A stretch of DNA of 64,000 nt, taken from the IMG/VR virus record IMGVR_UViG_3300028535_000001, one strand, 5' to 3'. Each line of letters starts with the position of its first letter. The first letter of the stretch is position 1. Under the pieces are notes generated by a model. The model saw only the letters and a program-made list of their open reading frames with translations, made no database searches and was not told the DNA's origin. The translations under genes were made by a program, and so were the position numbers. Shown in pieces: positions 1 to 10,483 of the stretch. This DNA comes from a virus.

Positions 1-257
1 TTATTGTTATCATCTATAACACTTGCTTTCAACATATCTTGCATTAATGGGTCGTTCATTGTATTTGGATCGTCAATTCTACAACAAGGTAGTAATACAC
101 CTTGATTAGAAACTGCTAAAGCAATTGCGTCTTTAAAACATAAAGGGTCTAACTCAATATCTCCTTTTGCTCTTAATGGTGATTTAGCTCCTAAAGAGTT
201 ATTGATTCTTCTAATATCAGCAGACCTATTAATTCCTCCAATTCTTTTTTTAATCAT
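1..257 (-). CDS. SPASM/twitch-like Fe-S domain protein (partial, runs off window)
   Basis: Manually translated: MIKKRIGG...PLCFKDAIALAVSNQGVLLPCCRID..; C..G.LLPCC is typical of SPASM; start overlaps the stop of the radical SAM gene. Confidence 0.6.
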   Translation of the reverse strand, partial: MIKKRIGGINRSADIRRINNSLGAKSPLRAKGDIELDPLCFKDAIALAVSNQGVLLPCCRIDDPNTMNDPLMQDMLKASVIDDNN

Positions 258-1002
258 CTCCGTTTTTCCTATCAAAACAACCACCCCTTACACACTCCTC
301 AATGGATTGATGTTCGCTATGGTCATTTAATGTACTTTTTGTTTTAGGCTTTAACCAATCATCATCATCTGTCCATCTTGCACTATTAATTATTATAAAA
401 TTAACATCATTATCTTTGGCCATTTTCATTGCTTGCCCAATACTCCTTTCATTATAACTGAATATAATATATTGCCATAATGGTTTTGTGGAAAGATACT
501 TTTTACTTTCTAACATAATCTTAAATAGTTTTTCGCCATCTTGATTTTTTCTATATATTCTACTATCTTCAGGCATGCCATCTATACCAAATATCCAATT
601 TGCTTTAGGGTTTGCTTGAAAGGCATTGATATAATGTTGCATAGGTTTTAAAGATGAAGCTACATGTACTTCAACTTTAGTACCACGTTCTTTTGTGATT
701 TTTAATAATTCGTTTATTTTTGGGTGATGTATTGGGTCTGAATATTGACCACAAAAAGATATTCTTGTAAACCAATCCAATAATTTATTAAATTCAGGTA
801 TTGTTAAATCTCTGCCTGGTACTTTAAGGCCTTTGTATAAGTAACTTCTTTGACGACCACAACGTAAACATTCTAATGGACACCTATGAGATAGATCAAT
901 GTTTAAACGTTTATGTCTTCTATCAAAAAAGGAATTTTCCTTTATTTTGATACCGTGTTCTTTAAAACACATGTCTATCTTTTCTCTATTCGTTTCAATC
1001 AT
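250..1002 (-). CDS. Radical SAM protein
   Basis: CPLECLRC (CxxxCxxC), CGQYSDPIHHP, IFGIDG, WQYIIFSYN motifs. Confidence 0.85.
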   Translation of the reverse strand: MIETNREKIDMCFKEHGIKIKENSFFDRRHKRLNIDLSHRCPLECLRCGRQRSYLYKGLKVPGRDLTIPEFNKLLDWFTRISFCGQYSDPIHHPKINELLKITKERGTKVEVHVASSLKPMQHYINAFQANPKANWIFGIDGMPEDSRIYRKNQDGEKLFKIMLESKKYLSTKPLWQYIIFSYNERSIGQAMKMAKDNDVNFIIINSARWTDDDDWLKPKTKSTLNDHSEHQSIEECVRGGCFDRKNGDD

Positions 1003-1019
1003 AATATAAAACTATTTAG

Positions 1020-1343
1020 TTAAATACTAAAAGATGTTCCACAACCACATGATGATTTAGTATTAGGGTTTTTGAATTGGAAAGAACTACCAAAGATTTC
1101 TTCTTTGTAATCCAACTCCATACCTGCGACATATATTTCAAATAGATTATCTATTACTACTAGATTGTCAACTATAATATCATCTTTAGTTGGTGTCTTT
1201 TCAAATTCGTTTGGTATAAATGACCATTCGTATTCGTGACCTGCACAGCCACCACCTTTTACTTCTAGTCTAACATAATCTACTTTATGTTTTTCTTTTA
1301 AAATATTTAAATGTGCTTTCGCACCTTCCGTTAATGTAATCAT
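1020..1343 (-). CDS. iscA: HesB/IscA-family A-type Fe-S carrier
   Basis: GGGCAG...Y and NPN..SSCGCGTSF signature. Confidence 0.93.
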   Translation of the reverse strand: MITLTEGAKAHLNILKEKHKVDYVRLEVKGGGCAGHEYEWSFIPNEFEKTPTKDDIIVDNLVVIDNLFEIYVAGMELDYKEEIFGSSFQFKNPNTKSSCGCGTSFSI

Positions 1344-1352
1344 AATTTTCCT

Positions 1353-1625
1353 TTAGATAGGCATACCAGTTTGTTTACCTATTTTAGGCTCTTCACCTAA
1401 TATACTTCTATCTTGTTCTGTAGTATTATTTAGGTAAGTTTCATATTGCTCTTTTGTTAAACAATAACATTGACCTACACTAGTAGGATATTTTTTATTA
1501 TACTCTTGACTTATCACCACTGATTGTTGATAACAGTTATCATATGTTTCAAATGGTACTTCGTTGTGTATCGTCTGACAAGCAGTCCCTATACACATCA
1601 TAATAACAAGAAAAAATTCTCCCAT
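1353..1625 (-). CDS. Small exported Cys-containing hypothetical protein
   Basis: Hydrophobic N-terminus, several Cys, AGGA RBS. Confidence 0.6.
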   Translation of the reverse strand: MGEFFLVIMMCIGTACQTIHNEVPFETYDNCYQQSVVISQEYNKKYPTSVGQCYCLTKEQYETYLNNTTEQDRSILGEEPKIGKQTGMPI

Positions 1626-1653
1626 TTTTCGTTCCTCCTAGAACTATCGGAAC

Positions 1654-1962
1654 TTAATTCCGATTTTTTTTACTTAACTCACCTTCATATTGCGCTAATA
1701 GCTTTTTACAGATACCGTACCAATAGATACCCGAGTCTCTTAGCATTTCATTGGAAGATCGTAGACGTTCCAACTTGCGTTCTAAAACATCAAGACGGAC
1801 CTTTGTTAATTTCTTCGTGCCATTATGTAAATGTTCAAGAGTCATAATTATATTATCAATGTCTGTACACGTATAATTCGGTACCTTCGGTGCCTTCTTC
1901 TTAAATGCCAACAAAGCATACTTAATATCGTGATATGTTACTTTGTTATTTTTATGCTCCAC
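1654..1962 (-). CDS. Hypothetical protein
   Basis: ORF with AAGGAG RBS, in line with neighbours. Confidence 0.65.
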   Translation of the reverse strand: MEHKNNKVTYHDIKYALLAFKKKAPKVPNYTCTDIDNIIMTLEHLHNGTKKLTKVRLDVLERKLERLRSSNEMLRDSGIYWYGICKKLLAQYEGELSKKNRN

Positions 1963-2241
1963 TATATCTCCTTACAATTTATTTTTTTATTAATAAATCA
2001 CGTCAGAAATATTAGATATAGAATGAAATAGTTGGTAAATACCAACACTTATATTTATAAAAGATTAGTGTAAAAAGTGAAAATTGTTTTTGCGATTAGT
2101 AATCAATGACCGATCAGTGTCCGGCCTATAGGGCTTTGGAGCCTTCCTTGAAACTCAACACCGTTATATATGTTTTGTAAGATTTATAGGCCTAGTGTCT
2201 AATAGAATAATAATAACAAGTTAATACTCCTAAATACTTGT

Positions 2242-2802
2242 ATGAAATGGATGACCAACGATAAACCAAAGAGTTGTCCTGATAGTAATAATCATTTTAA
2301 ATACCAGAAAGAATCTGATCCTTTATACTACCAGGAACATAACGCCTTTAATGACGAAGAAATAAAACGTATAATAGAATGTGAGAAAACCGATCCTTGG
2401 TTACTTGAAAGATTATACCACTATATGAATAAAGCTAATGATAAAGGTTGGCATTACAGTATAGATGGTGAACAAATACAATTACATAATTATAAACCAG
2501 GTAATCAATACATGTGGCATAGAGACGGAATATGTGGCCACAATAGTGTAATAAAGAACCTTGCTGATCCATTACATAATCTTACAAGAAAAATATCAAT
2601 GACTATATTACTTAATGAACCATCTGAATTTACAGGTGGTAAGTTTCAAATAAAGAAACATGATATAGAAGACTTTACAATAGATATGAAAAAGGGAACT
2701 GTTATTGTATTCCCTGCTTGGTTAGGCCATAGGGTAACACCTATAGAGACCGGCGAAAGACATAGTTTGCCTGTGTTCTTTTATGGAAGACCCTTTATTT
2801 AA
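2242..2802 (+). CDS. 2OG-Fe(II) oxygenase (prolyl-hydroxylase-like)
   Basis: WHRD (HxD), RKISMTILLN, FTGG, H-RVTP..GERHSL. Confidence 0.9.
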   Translation: MKWMTNDKPKSCPDSNNHFKYQKESDPLYYQEHNAFNDEEIKRIIECEKTDPWLLERLYHYMNKANDKGWHYSIDGEQIQLHNYKPGNQYMWHRDGICGHNSVIKNLADPLHNLTRKISMTILLNEPSEFTGGKFQIKKHDIEDFTIDMKKGTVIVFPAWLGHRVTPIETGERHSLPVFFYGRPFI

Positions 2803-3266
2803 GACTTCAACCAAATAATAAAGAAACCTACAATGCTTGCAATCCAGGTCATCCATATATCTTCATAGATAAAGATAGTGTCTAAAGAAGTAATAATAAT
2901 AGGGATAGAAATACTGTTATAATGGCCAATATCCCACAAATATAATATATCTTATTTGCCAGGCTTTTCATTGTTCCACATAATCAGTAAAGCTAATACT
3001 AATAAAAAAGGAAGACTTATCAATAATAAATTTATAGTTAAATCCATTAACATAATCATATACTATTTATGTGATAAAGTCAATGCTCCAATACGTGACG
3101 TTCCGTAGATCAACTTACAGTTGAGGCCTGCTTATCCGGCCACCGGCAATCCTGGAGGAAAAAAATAAGATAAAGGATAATGCTAATGATTGTTATTGCA
3201 AATATAGATTAAACCTGGTGGACCCAGGATCAATAGCGCTGGCATATATGAAAAATTTTATTGAGT

Positions 3267-4538
3267 TTAAGGATTAAGGTCTATCGTAGCCCCTCTATGT
3301 GTTACTGCGCCTGTTGTGTTAGATGTCTTTGTGCCGGCCACATCTTCTTGTTTATTACCTTCTACTAATATTGTGTAATTGCCTCCCACTTTAACATTGT
3401 AATCGCCACCTGCATTTACATTAATTCGGCCATCTTTGGTTACCATATTAATATCACCTTGATCTACTTGTATGTTTATGTTGGCGTTCTTGCCTACATG
3501 TATATCGTAATTGTTTTCTTCTTCGCCATCTTTGTTAATGAATATTTTGTGGCGGCCATTAATAGTAATATCGGAGTTTCCTTTTATATTAGTATTGTGA
3601 GTGCCGGCGATTAACTGATAATTATCGTTGGCCACTTTGGTCACCAGGTCTCCGTTGTTGGTCATTTCATAAGAAGTACCAGAAGTGTGGCGTTCATGTA
3701 TTCGGTAATAATTTGTTCTTACCTCTTCGCCGTCAATAATTTCTATTGTATATGAATCATCAAACTCTTTTATATGGCCTGACTCGGATTCAAACACGTG
3801 GTTATATGGGTAAACGGCATTGTAAGTGTGAGGTGTTATTTCTTCTCCTTCTTCGGATAAAACACCAAGGCCATCGTATTGTATTTTAGGTTCTGACCAA
3901 GAAGTACTATCAGAGGCCAGTATTTCCGATCCATCGGCCGCCGTGAGTAAATCAAAATCGGCCGTTGCAATAGAAACCCAACCTTCGCCAGGTTTATTTT
4001 TATCTAAACGATTTAAAACCCTGGCCGTTAAACTGCCGTGTTCTAATTCTGTATTATGGACTGCGAGTCTATTTGTATCAGTCTCGTTAATGTTGCGAGG
4101 ATATACCGACTTGTGGTAATTGTCATCATCTTCGTTATCGGCTCCGTAATCCTCAATGGCCTTATCTTCAATATCTTCCTCTGATCTCCTAATTGGGTCA
4201 TTAAATCCTACGTCAGGATTGCCATAATATTTCGGTTTACCTGGCAAACTCCCACAAACGACAGGCTCCTGGTGGCCACTGTCACGGAAATATCCCCATA
4301 CCCAACTGCCTTCAACTAAAAAACTCGGTGAAGTCCCAAGGCCAGAAATACCTGGACTCTGCGTAGACAACATCACTGTCGCCCACGGTAAATCGGCCGT
4401 TGTTAATAAACTTTTATTTTCTGTATGAAAACCTAAACACCTTACTCTAAGCCGGCCTGTTTTAATTGGGTCGTGCCTGTCCTCTACGACACCACAAAAC
4501 CATGTAAACTCTGTATTCTTTCCTATAAATTTGGCCAT
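3267..4538 (-). CDS. gp5: Baseplate hub/spike protein gp5 (OB-fold plus beta-helix, no lysozyme domain)
   Basis: WFCGVVEDRHDP..GRLRVRCLG, DLPWA, YPYNHVFESESGH.EFDD, ERHTSGT, C-terminal beta-helix repeats ending IDLNP. Confidence 0.92.
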   Translation of the reverse strand: MAKFIGKNTEFTWFCGVVEDRHDPIKTGRLRVRCLGFHTENKSLLTTADLPWATVMLSTQSPGISGLGTSPSFLVEGSWVWGYFRDSGHQEPVVCGSLPGKPKYYGNPDVGFNDPIRRSEEDIEDKAIEDYGADNEDDDNYHKSVYPRNINETDTNRLAVHNTELEHGSLTARVLNRLDKNKPGEGWVSIATADFDLLTAADGSEILASDSTSWSEPKIQYDGLGVLSEEGEEITPHTYNAVYPYNHVFESESGHIKEFDDSYTIEIIDGEEVRTNYYRIHERHTSGTSYEMTNNGDLVTKVANDNYQLIAGTHNTNIKGNSDITINGRHKIFINKDGEEENNYDIHVGKNANINIQVDQGDINMVTKDGRINVNAGGDYNVKVGGNYTILVEGNKQEDVAGTKTSNTTGAVTHRGATIDLNP

Positions 4539-4595
4539 TGTCTTAAATATTTTCCGATATATGTTTGTTTTTAATCTCTACACTATACGTCATTT

Positions 4596-4862
4596 TTACC
4601 TATTAACTTTATCCTTACGCAAATGGCCTTTATTCTTTACGTGGTCTCTATAGGCCTGCGTATTCTTATTTATTAGTGTGTTATAACCTTTCCCAATGGA
4701 ATAGGCATGCGCTAGCATGACTTTAGCTATTGGCCTACCTCTGATTGCCAGTGAGTTGTGTATTCTCTGTGACCATGAAAGTGTTTTAACAAAGGCCGCC
4801 TTGAGAATAAGGTCTATGTGTCTATAAGGGTTGTTCTCTTTATTATACATTGTCATATTCAT
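4596..4862 (-). CDS. Hypothetical protein
   Basis: AAGGA RBS; lies inside the GGCC-rich zone. Confidence 0.45.
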   Translation of the reverse strand: MNMTMYNKENNPYRHIDLILKAAFVKTLSWSQRIHNSLAIRGRPIAKVMLAHAYSIGKGYNTLINKNTQAYRDHVKNKGHLRKDKVNR

Positions 4863-4990
4863 TGTTCCTTAATCTTGTCTTTAATATGTTATGGTCAAAT
4901 CCTCTCGTCATGGCCTCTTATATGGCCTCCGTTAGTATATCTATCGTCAAAGCGAGCGGAGCGGTCGGAAATTTCGGAGATTCTCTAAGC

Positions 4991-6481
4991 CTATGAGAGT
5001 ACACTTGGTGGACCTCCTTTATTTGCTTCAGTTATTATTGCGTCATCTAAATCATATTGTAATACGTTGATGGCCTCGGCGTTTTCCCTACCTGTAAAGG
5101 TATCTATTTCCTCCTCTGGATATGGAACCCTTACGGCGTCCTTCATACACGTAATCGCCATTGTGTGATTATCTTTAGTAGTATCTATTTTATGTCGTAT
5201 GTTCTTAACCAGGTAGCGTCCAGACATATAGGGATCGTTATCTAAAGGGTTATCAGCACCTGCCGGTTCGTATGACGGAATCTCTAATGCAACTACATCA
5301 CCAGCGGACAATCCTGTGAATCCTCTTGCTGTGAGTGCTACCTGCATTGAGGCGAAAGCCAACTTTTGTGATAATCTTTTGGCCATTGTAGTACCTTTTG
5401 GAACACCTTCAAAATCATCATGTATTTTGGTTGTTGTAGATTTCATAAATGTACGAGTCTCTGCATAATCACTAAATTGGTTACCATGATAGTTTATCAC
5501 TGGCGCCATTGATTTAGTATCTGTTTTACCACCACTGCCATCATGCTCTGTATGGTGTGATTTTTCAAAGTCCAAATTGTAATCATAATCATGTATTGTA
5601 TATGTTTTATCCATTAAATCGTGTGCAATAGTTCTACTTGCAAATACACCATTCCTTAAATTCTGTATTGTGTCATATTGGTTCATTATTTGAAAATTAT
5701 CCACTATCTGCATTTCTTGTATGATATTGGTTACACCAGTACCACCTTTAACTGACCTTGGTTTCTTTTCAAATCGTGCAACAGCAGGTCTAGCCGCTCC
5801 ATCTGTAATCGCCAACATATTTTCTAAACTTCTAAATCTATATCCTGTACTGTCTTCATAGAAAAAATAACCAGCATTATTATATCTACCTGATTCAGCT
5901 GAGTTTCCTAAACTTTGAATAAATTCAAATGGCCTTAATCCTGTTGGCACATACTTACGAGCACCTTTCGTTTCTTCTAATATTAATGTCTTATTGGATT
6001 CTATATCACGTCTGAATATATCCAGTACCATTTGATCTATAGTACCTGTCATAGATCGGTAGATTTTCTTTGTCTCGTTTGTTAATATTTCTTTAGAGGC
6101 AAAATTTAAAACATACATTTGTGTTCTTGGAGCAAGTTCTCGTCTGGCTGATATTTTATATATGTACATAGGGTGGCCGGTCACCGATGTGAAATCAAAA
6201 CCTTTTGCAATACCAGGTGTATTCAGTTTAAATTCTATTCGTTCAAACCCGGTAAGAGGTAAGTGATTGGGAACATTTTGGTTATCTACCACTACTACAT
6301 TACCTGATAGGCCTTTAGTAAATATATCCTCGTATATATTGATTTCTAGTACTTGTGATCTGATACTAATTTTTTTTGGATTACTACCACCTTCAGCAGA
6401 TATATAAGATATTAATTGTATATCTGATAAGGAAAATTGGCCAGCTTTTGTTAATGTGTCAGCGTTTATTTGATCGTACAT
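4991..6481 (-). CDS. Baseplate hub protein (gp27-like)
   Basis: IYEDIF..LSG, FFYEDSTGYRFRSLE, SGRYLVKNIRHKI; between gp53 and gp5. Confidence 0.75.
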   Translation of the reverse strand: MYDQINADTLTKAGQFSLSDIQLISYISAEGGSNPKKISIRSQVLEINIYEDIFTKGLSGNVVVVDNQNVPNHLPLTGFERIEFKLNTPGIAKGFDFTSVTGHPMYIYKISARRELAPRTQMYVLNFASKEILTNETKKIYRSMTGTIDQMVLDIFRRDIESNKTLILEETKGARKYVPTGLRPFEFIQSLGNSAESGRYNNAGYFFYEDSTGYRFRSLENMLAITDGAARPAVARFEKKPRSVKGGTGVTNIIQEMQIVDNFQIMNQYDTIQNLRNGVFASRTIAHDLMDKTYTIHDYDYNLDFEKSHHTEHDGSGGKTDTKSMAPVINYHGNQFSDYAETRTFMKSTTTKIHDDFEGVPKGTTMAKRLSQKLAFASMQVALTARGFTGLSAGDVVALEIPSYEPAGADNPLDNDPYMSGRYLVKNIRHKIDTTKDNHTMAITCMKDAVRVPYPEEEIDTFTGRENAEAINVLQYDLDDAIITEANKGGPPSVLS

Positions 6482-6483
6482 AA

Positions 6484-7008
6484 TTATTCATTTATCAATT
6501 TGTCAAATTCTTCTAATAATACAGGCAAGAAACCTGGGTTTAGTAATTTGATTTTTCTTCTTTGATCTTGTATTCTTTGTTCATATTCTCTATTAGAAAC
6601 TGATTGAGCACCAGACTCATTACTGTTTACCTCTATCATATGTGAATAATCGTTTGATTTGGTTGGACCACTTGATTGTACCTTTTCATAATGATGTATT
6701 GCGTCTGGATTGGAATACTTTGTGTCAACAAAGGATTCAAATGCTCTGAAATCTAAAGGCCAATCATAAAAACCATCGTGACCAGCATTTGTCATTAATA
6801 TAACCCAATGATATTGAGGATCACCAAAATGTTTCATTGCTGTATCTTCAGGTCTTTCACCATTTGGTACATCATACTCTTGGTATAAACTTGCCTCGTT
6901 AATTATCTTATCTCTGATTTTAACTCGTTTGAATATATCGGTAACCTGTTTGTATGTAATATTATCGTTAGAATATTTGCCTTTTGGAAACTTTTCAAAA
7001 TATGCCAT
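6484..7008 (-). CDS. gp53: Baseplate wedge protein gp53
   Basis: YF..FP, GERPEDTA..HFGDPQYHWVILM, WPL, HHYE, RKIKLL. Confidence 0.9.
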   Translation of the reverse strand: MAYFEKFPKGKYSNDNITYKQVTDIFKRVKIRDKIINEASLYQEYDVPNGERPEDTAMKHFGDPQYHWVILMTNAGHDGFYDWPLDFRAFESFVDTKYSNPDAIHHYEKVQSSGPTKSNDYSHMIEVNSNESGAQSVSNREYEQRIQDQRRKIKLLNPGFLPVLLEEFDKLINE

Positions 7009-7009
7009 A

Positions 7010-8179
7010 TTAGAATCCCTCCGCTACAGTATGTTTAGTCATAATTTCTGTTTCACCAAACTCTAAATCCATTTTAATAATAGTTGGCGGTGCGCCTTTT
7101 TCATCTGGTATTAATGATGATACAACACCTTCGGGTGCATAATCAATATTACATGATTTTAAAACACAGCGGCTAACTCTTGGTATATATGAGTTTTCAC
7201 TTTCTCTGTACATATATGTTATTTGAAATTCAGATGGTGTTATGAAATATCCTCCTTGAAGACCATTTGATTGTTCAGGTAACATATGAAATCTTAACAA
7301 TTGTAAAATTTTGTGTACTTGGTCTTTCTCTGACTCATCTTTTGGTGCAAATATAAATGGAAAATTAAATGATCTAAATGGCACAGATTGGAATATCATT
7401 TCTAAATTTTGGTTCTTTGCTTGACCTAATGCTTTGTCTAATGTTTGTCTAGCATTTTCAAAACCTGGTATTATACCAATAGCCCCAAATCCAGCTGACT
7501 TCATTACTTCACCAATCAGTTGACCGCCTTTTTTACCAGCTGTTTTTATTTTATCTATCCAACCAGTTTGATTCATAACAGAACCAATAGCTTGGCCTAA
7601 ATCACCTGCTAAACCTGTTTGTGTATCTTCATAACCCACACTGTAATTAAATTTCATTGACTCTGCTGGCGTATATAATATAATACTATCTGAAATATAA
7701 TTATGCGTATCACCTGTTTTGGATACTAGACCAGAAGATGTTGATCTTAATCTGCTGGATTGGGATATGCCATTTCTTTTTATGTTTGCTATTCTAGTTC
7801 TACTGCCTTTGGGTTTATGGCGAGCTTCAAAACCAGATAGTGTTTTACCACCATCTAATTGTCCATTCTGAAAAGTCTGTTGTTTAAATTTGGATGATTT
7901 GTGAGATACAATATCAAATATAATATAATGGCCGGCACCTAAATTAGATGTTTCATTTGGATAGTATACTGTACCATATTGATATGGATTATTTATAGAC
8001 TCCATATGTGATAATGGACCTGTTGTTCCTATCTCTAACGGCGATTTGTTTAATAGTTTGGCTGCCACTTTGGTTGTTTGACCAGATGAGGCAAAGGATA
8101 ATTTACTAGCAATTGCGCCAGAAACCATGTTACCTATTTTACCTTTAACTATGTTTTTGATCTTGTTTGTCCAAGCCAT
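7010..8179 (-). CDS. gp48: Baseplate tail-tube cap gp48 (start revised to MAWTNK)
   Basis: LEMIFQSVPFRSFNFPFIFAPK, PSEFQI, CVLKSCNIDYAP, LEFGETE; AAGGA RBS and late promoter upstream of 8179. Confidence 0.85.
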   Translation of the reverse strand: MAWTNKIKNIVKGKIGNMVSGAIASKLSFASSGQTTKVAAKLLNKSPLEIGTTGPLSHMESINNPYQYGTVYYPNETSNLGAGHYIIFDIVSHKSSKFKQQTFQNGQLDGGKTLSGFEARHKPKGSRTRIANIKRNGISQSSRLRSTSSGLVSKTGDTHNYISDSIILYTPAESMKFNYSVGYEDTQTGLAGDLGQAIGSVMNQTGWIDKIKTAGKKGGQLIGEVMKSAGFGAIGIIPGFENARQTLDKALGQAKNQNLEMIFQSVPFRSFNFPFIFAPKDESEKDQVHKILQLLRFHMLPEQSNGLQGGYFITPSEFQITYMYRESENSYIPRVSRCVLKSCNIDYAPEGVVSSLIPDEKGAPPTIIKMDLEFGETEIMTKHTVAEGF

Positions 8180-8219
8180 ATTTACTTCCTTTATATATAC
8201 TGGTATATTTATAACGGAT

Positions 8220-8648
8220 ATGAAGAAATCTTTTAAAGGATTATATAAACCAGAGAACCCCAAAAAATATGTTGGTGATGTAAAGAATATAATATACCGT
8301 TCTCTTTTAGAGAGACGTATGATGGTGTATTTAGATAATAGTCACAATATAGAACATTGGGCTAGTGAAGAATTGCCTATTAGATATTATAGTCCCATTG
8401 ATAATAAATGGCATAGATACTTTCCAGATTTTGTAGCAAAGACAACTAAAGGTAATAGGGTAGTAATTGAAGTTAAACCATCACGCCAATGTGTTCCACC
8501 TAAAAAACCAACTAGCAGAAAAACTAAATCTTATATGAGAGAGTCTCTTGAATATATCAGAAATAAGGCTAAATGGCAAGCCGCTACCAAATATTGTAAA
8601 ACTCAAGGTGCTGAATTTAAAATTATTACTGAAAAGGATTTAACCTAA
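8220..8648 (+). CDS. gp4: Head completion nuclease gp4 (start revised to MKKSFKG)
   Basis: KG.YKPENPKKY.GD, YRSLLER, W.SEE, HRYFPDF, IEVKP, N.AKW.AA, KIITE. Confidence 0.92.
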   Translation: MKKSFKGLYKPENPKKYVGDVKNIIYRSLLERRMMVYLDNSHNIEHWASEELPIRYYSPIDNKWHRYFPDFVAKTTKGNRVVIEVKPSRQCVPPKKPTSRKTKSYMRESLEYIRNKAKWQAATKYCKTQGAEFKIITEKDLT

Positions 8649-10117
8649 TCTGTCCAACGACTATCCGAAGTATCTATTATAGTTCCATCTTTTGAATCAT
8701 CTACAACACTAATATTTGCATTTGAAGCTTGACTGTTATCAGTAACTACGTTATTAAAAATGCTTGTATCAATACCTTTTTTTGCTAAATAATCGTTATT
8801 AGCTAAATTCAAAGCCTCAAATTCTGCTACAGCGTCTTTTTGCGCTTTCTTGTCTTCATAAAATTTTTTATTGCTGTTATATGCCAAAGGAACAGTAACT
8901 TCCAGTCCTTTATCAGCCTTATCCATTTCATCTTTGATTGTAGGTATTTTTCCAGCTGTTGCTGTAGACATTAAATCCATTTCTAAATCTGCTATCTTTG
9001 CCGTTAGTTTTGCTATCTTTTCAGGATCTTGGTCATCGGACCAGAAACCACTACCTGGAGCTGATTTAGATTTTTCATCTGCTAATTTATTTTGTAGTTT
9101 TTTAAGTTCATCTGATTTTGCTGCTTCACCTTCCTCATCTACTAAACCTAATTTTCTACCTAACCATGAATATTTGAACCAATCCATCAATTTTTTGAAG
9201 AATTGCCCAATTGCTTTTATCTTTGTTGCAACAAAAACAATAGCAGCAATTACCAATGCAAATTTAGCAATCAATATTAATCTAGCAAGTGAGAAAAAAC
9301 CACCTATTGCTTTTAAACCTTTCCAAAGACCTTTAAATGCTTTTAAGAATATACCACCAGTTAAGAAATTAACTAGTTCTACTGAACCCTTACCTGTATC
9401 TTTCATCATATTAAAAGCTTCACCTATAGCATGAAAAGGTTCCATGAAAGCCATTTTTAATTGATCTAAAAACATAGGCAATCCTTTAGATTTTTGTCCT
9501 GTGTTGGCAGTGACGTTAAGTGTATCGCCTGAAGTATCTTTATCTTTTTTTAATTTATCTAGTTCTTTTGTATTAGCAACTATTCTATCTTTTGTTGTTT
9601 TCTTTTCTTTATTGGATAAACTATCCCCAACCTGTAATTTTTTTCTATCTCTATCTAATTCTGTTTCTATTTTTGTAATATTCTTTTCTTTTAATTTAAA
9701 TATCTTTTCTTCTTGTCTTATTTGTGATCTAGTTAATACTTCAACCTCTTTGGTCTCTTTATTAACACGTGCAACAATATTTTGTTCTCTTAATTTTGTT
9801 ACAGTCTCCTCTGACTCTCTGGCCTTTGTTTCTCTTTGTATCAATAAATCTGCCAACTCTGTACTGTATTCTCTTAAATCTAGACCTAACTTTTCAACCA
9901 ATTTTTCTAATTTCACAATCACTCTTGTAAAACTATGAACAGGACCTTTCTTCAAATCAACTGTTAACTCATTTATCATTTTAGGTATATTGGGTAGAAT
10001 AGTCTTAGCTGAGGCTGCAATTGAGCTGTTAACCTTTGCCTTTATTATCTGACCTAAACTGTCAATCGCTTGTTGTGTTTGGTCTGTACCTTGGTTTTCT
10101 ACTATTGGTAATGCCAT
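8645..10117 (-). CDS. Probable tape-measure/gp29-like protein
   Basis: Long coiled coil plus amphipathic and hydrophobic segments; downstream of gp26/gp51. Confidence 0.5.
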   Translation of the reverse strand: MALPIVENQGTDQTQQAIDSLGQIIKAKVNSSIAASAKTILPNIPKMINELTVDLKKGPVHSFTRVIVKLEKLVEKLGLDLREYSTELADLLIQRETKARESEETVTKLREQNIVARVNKETKEVEVLTRSQIRQEEKIFKLKEKNITKIETELDRDRKKLQVGDSLSNKEKKTTKDRIVANTKELDKLKKDKDTSGDTLNVTANTGQKSKGLPMFLDQLKMAFMEPFHAIGEAFNMMKDTGKGSVELVNFLTGGIFLKAFKGLWKGLKAIGGFFSLARLILIAKFALVIAAIVFVATKIKAIGQFFKKLMDWFKYSWLGRKLGLVDEEGEAAKSDELKKLQNKLADEKSKSAPGSGFWSDDQDPEKIAKLTAKIADLEMDLMSTATAGKIPTIKDEMDKADKGLEVTVPLAYNSNKKFYEDKKAQKDAVAEFEALNLANNDYLAKKGIDTSIFNNVVTDNSQASNANISVVDDSKDGTIIDTSDSRWTD

Positions 10118-10122
10118 ATTAG

Positions 10123-10482
10123 TTATTTATCTTTACCCTTATCTGATCCTGCATATAATCCGAACCAGGCAGCGCCAGCACCAACAACAACAGAAATTAA
10201 TCCTGATTGTTCCATACTAGGTTGTCCTAATTCCATATACCATATTACACATTTGTATAATAATATAATATACGTTGTTATGAATATTCTAGGGAATATT
10301 CTCCAACTATCTATTGCTCTTGCTAAGTGAATCCATTTTCCATATGGGTTTACGCCTATGTCTCTGATTGAGGTATCCACATCAAGATCAACCCTAATTT
10401 TTTGTTTAGGTTCTTTTACTGCTACAGGTTCTAACTTTTTTTCTATTTTAATTTCTTTAATTTCTTTAATTTCTTCTGACAT
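10123..10482 (-). CDS. Two-TM membrane protein
   Basis: WRIFPRIFITTYIILLY and GLISVVVGAGAAWFGLY segments. Confidence 0.65.
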   Translation of the reverse strand: MSEEIKEIKEIKIEKKLEPVAVKEPKQKIRVDLDVDTSIRDIGVNPYGKWIHLARAIDSWRIFPRIFITTYIILLYKCVIWYMELGQPSMEQSGLISVVVGAGAAWFGLYAGSDKGKDK

Positions 10483-10483
10483 A

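Noticed and set aside
8871-9938. Long plus-strand ORFs (8871-9434, 9501-9938) and similar ones across the window
   Set aside because: Antisense shadows of real minus-strand genes; S/L/F-rich with no RBS or motifs
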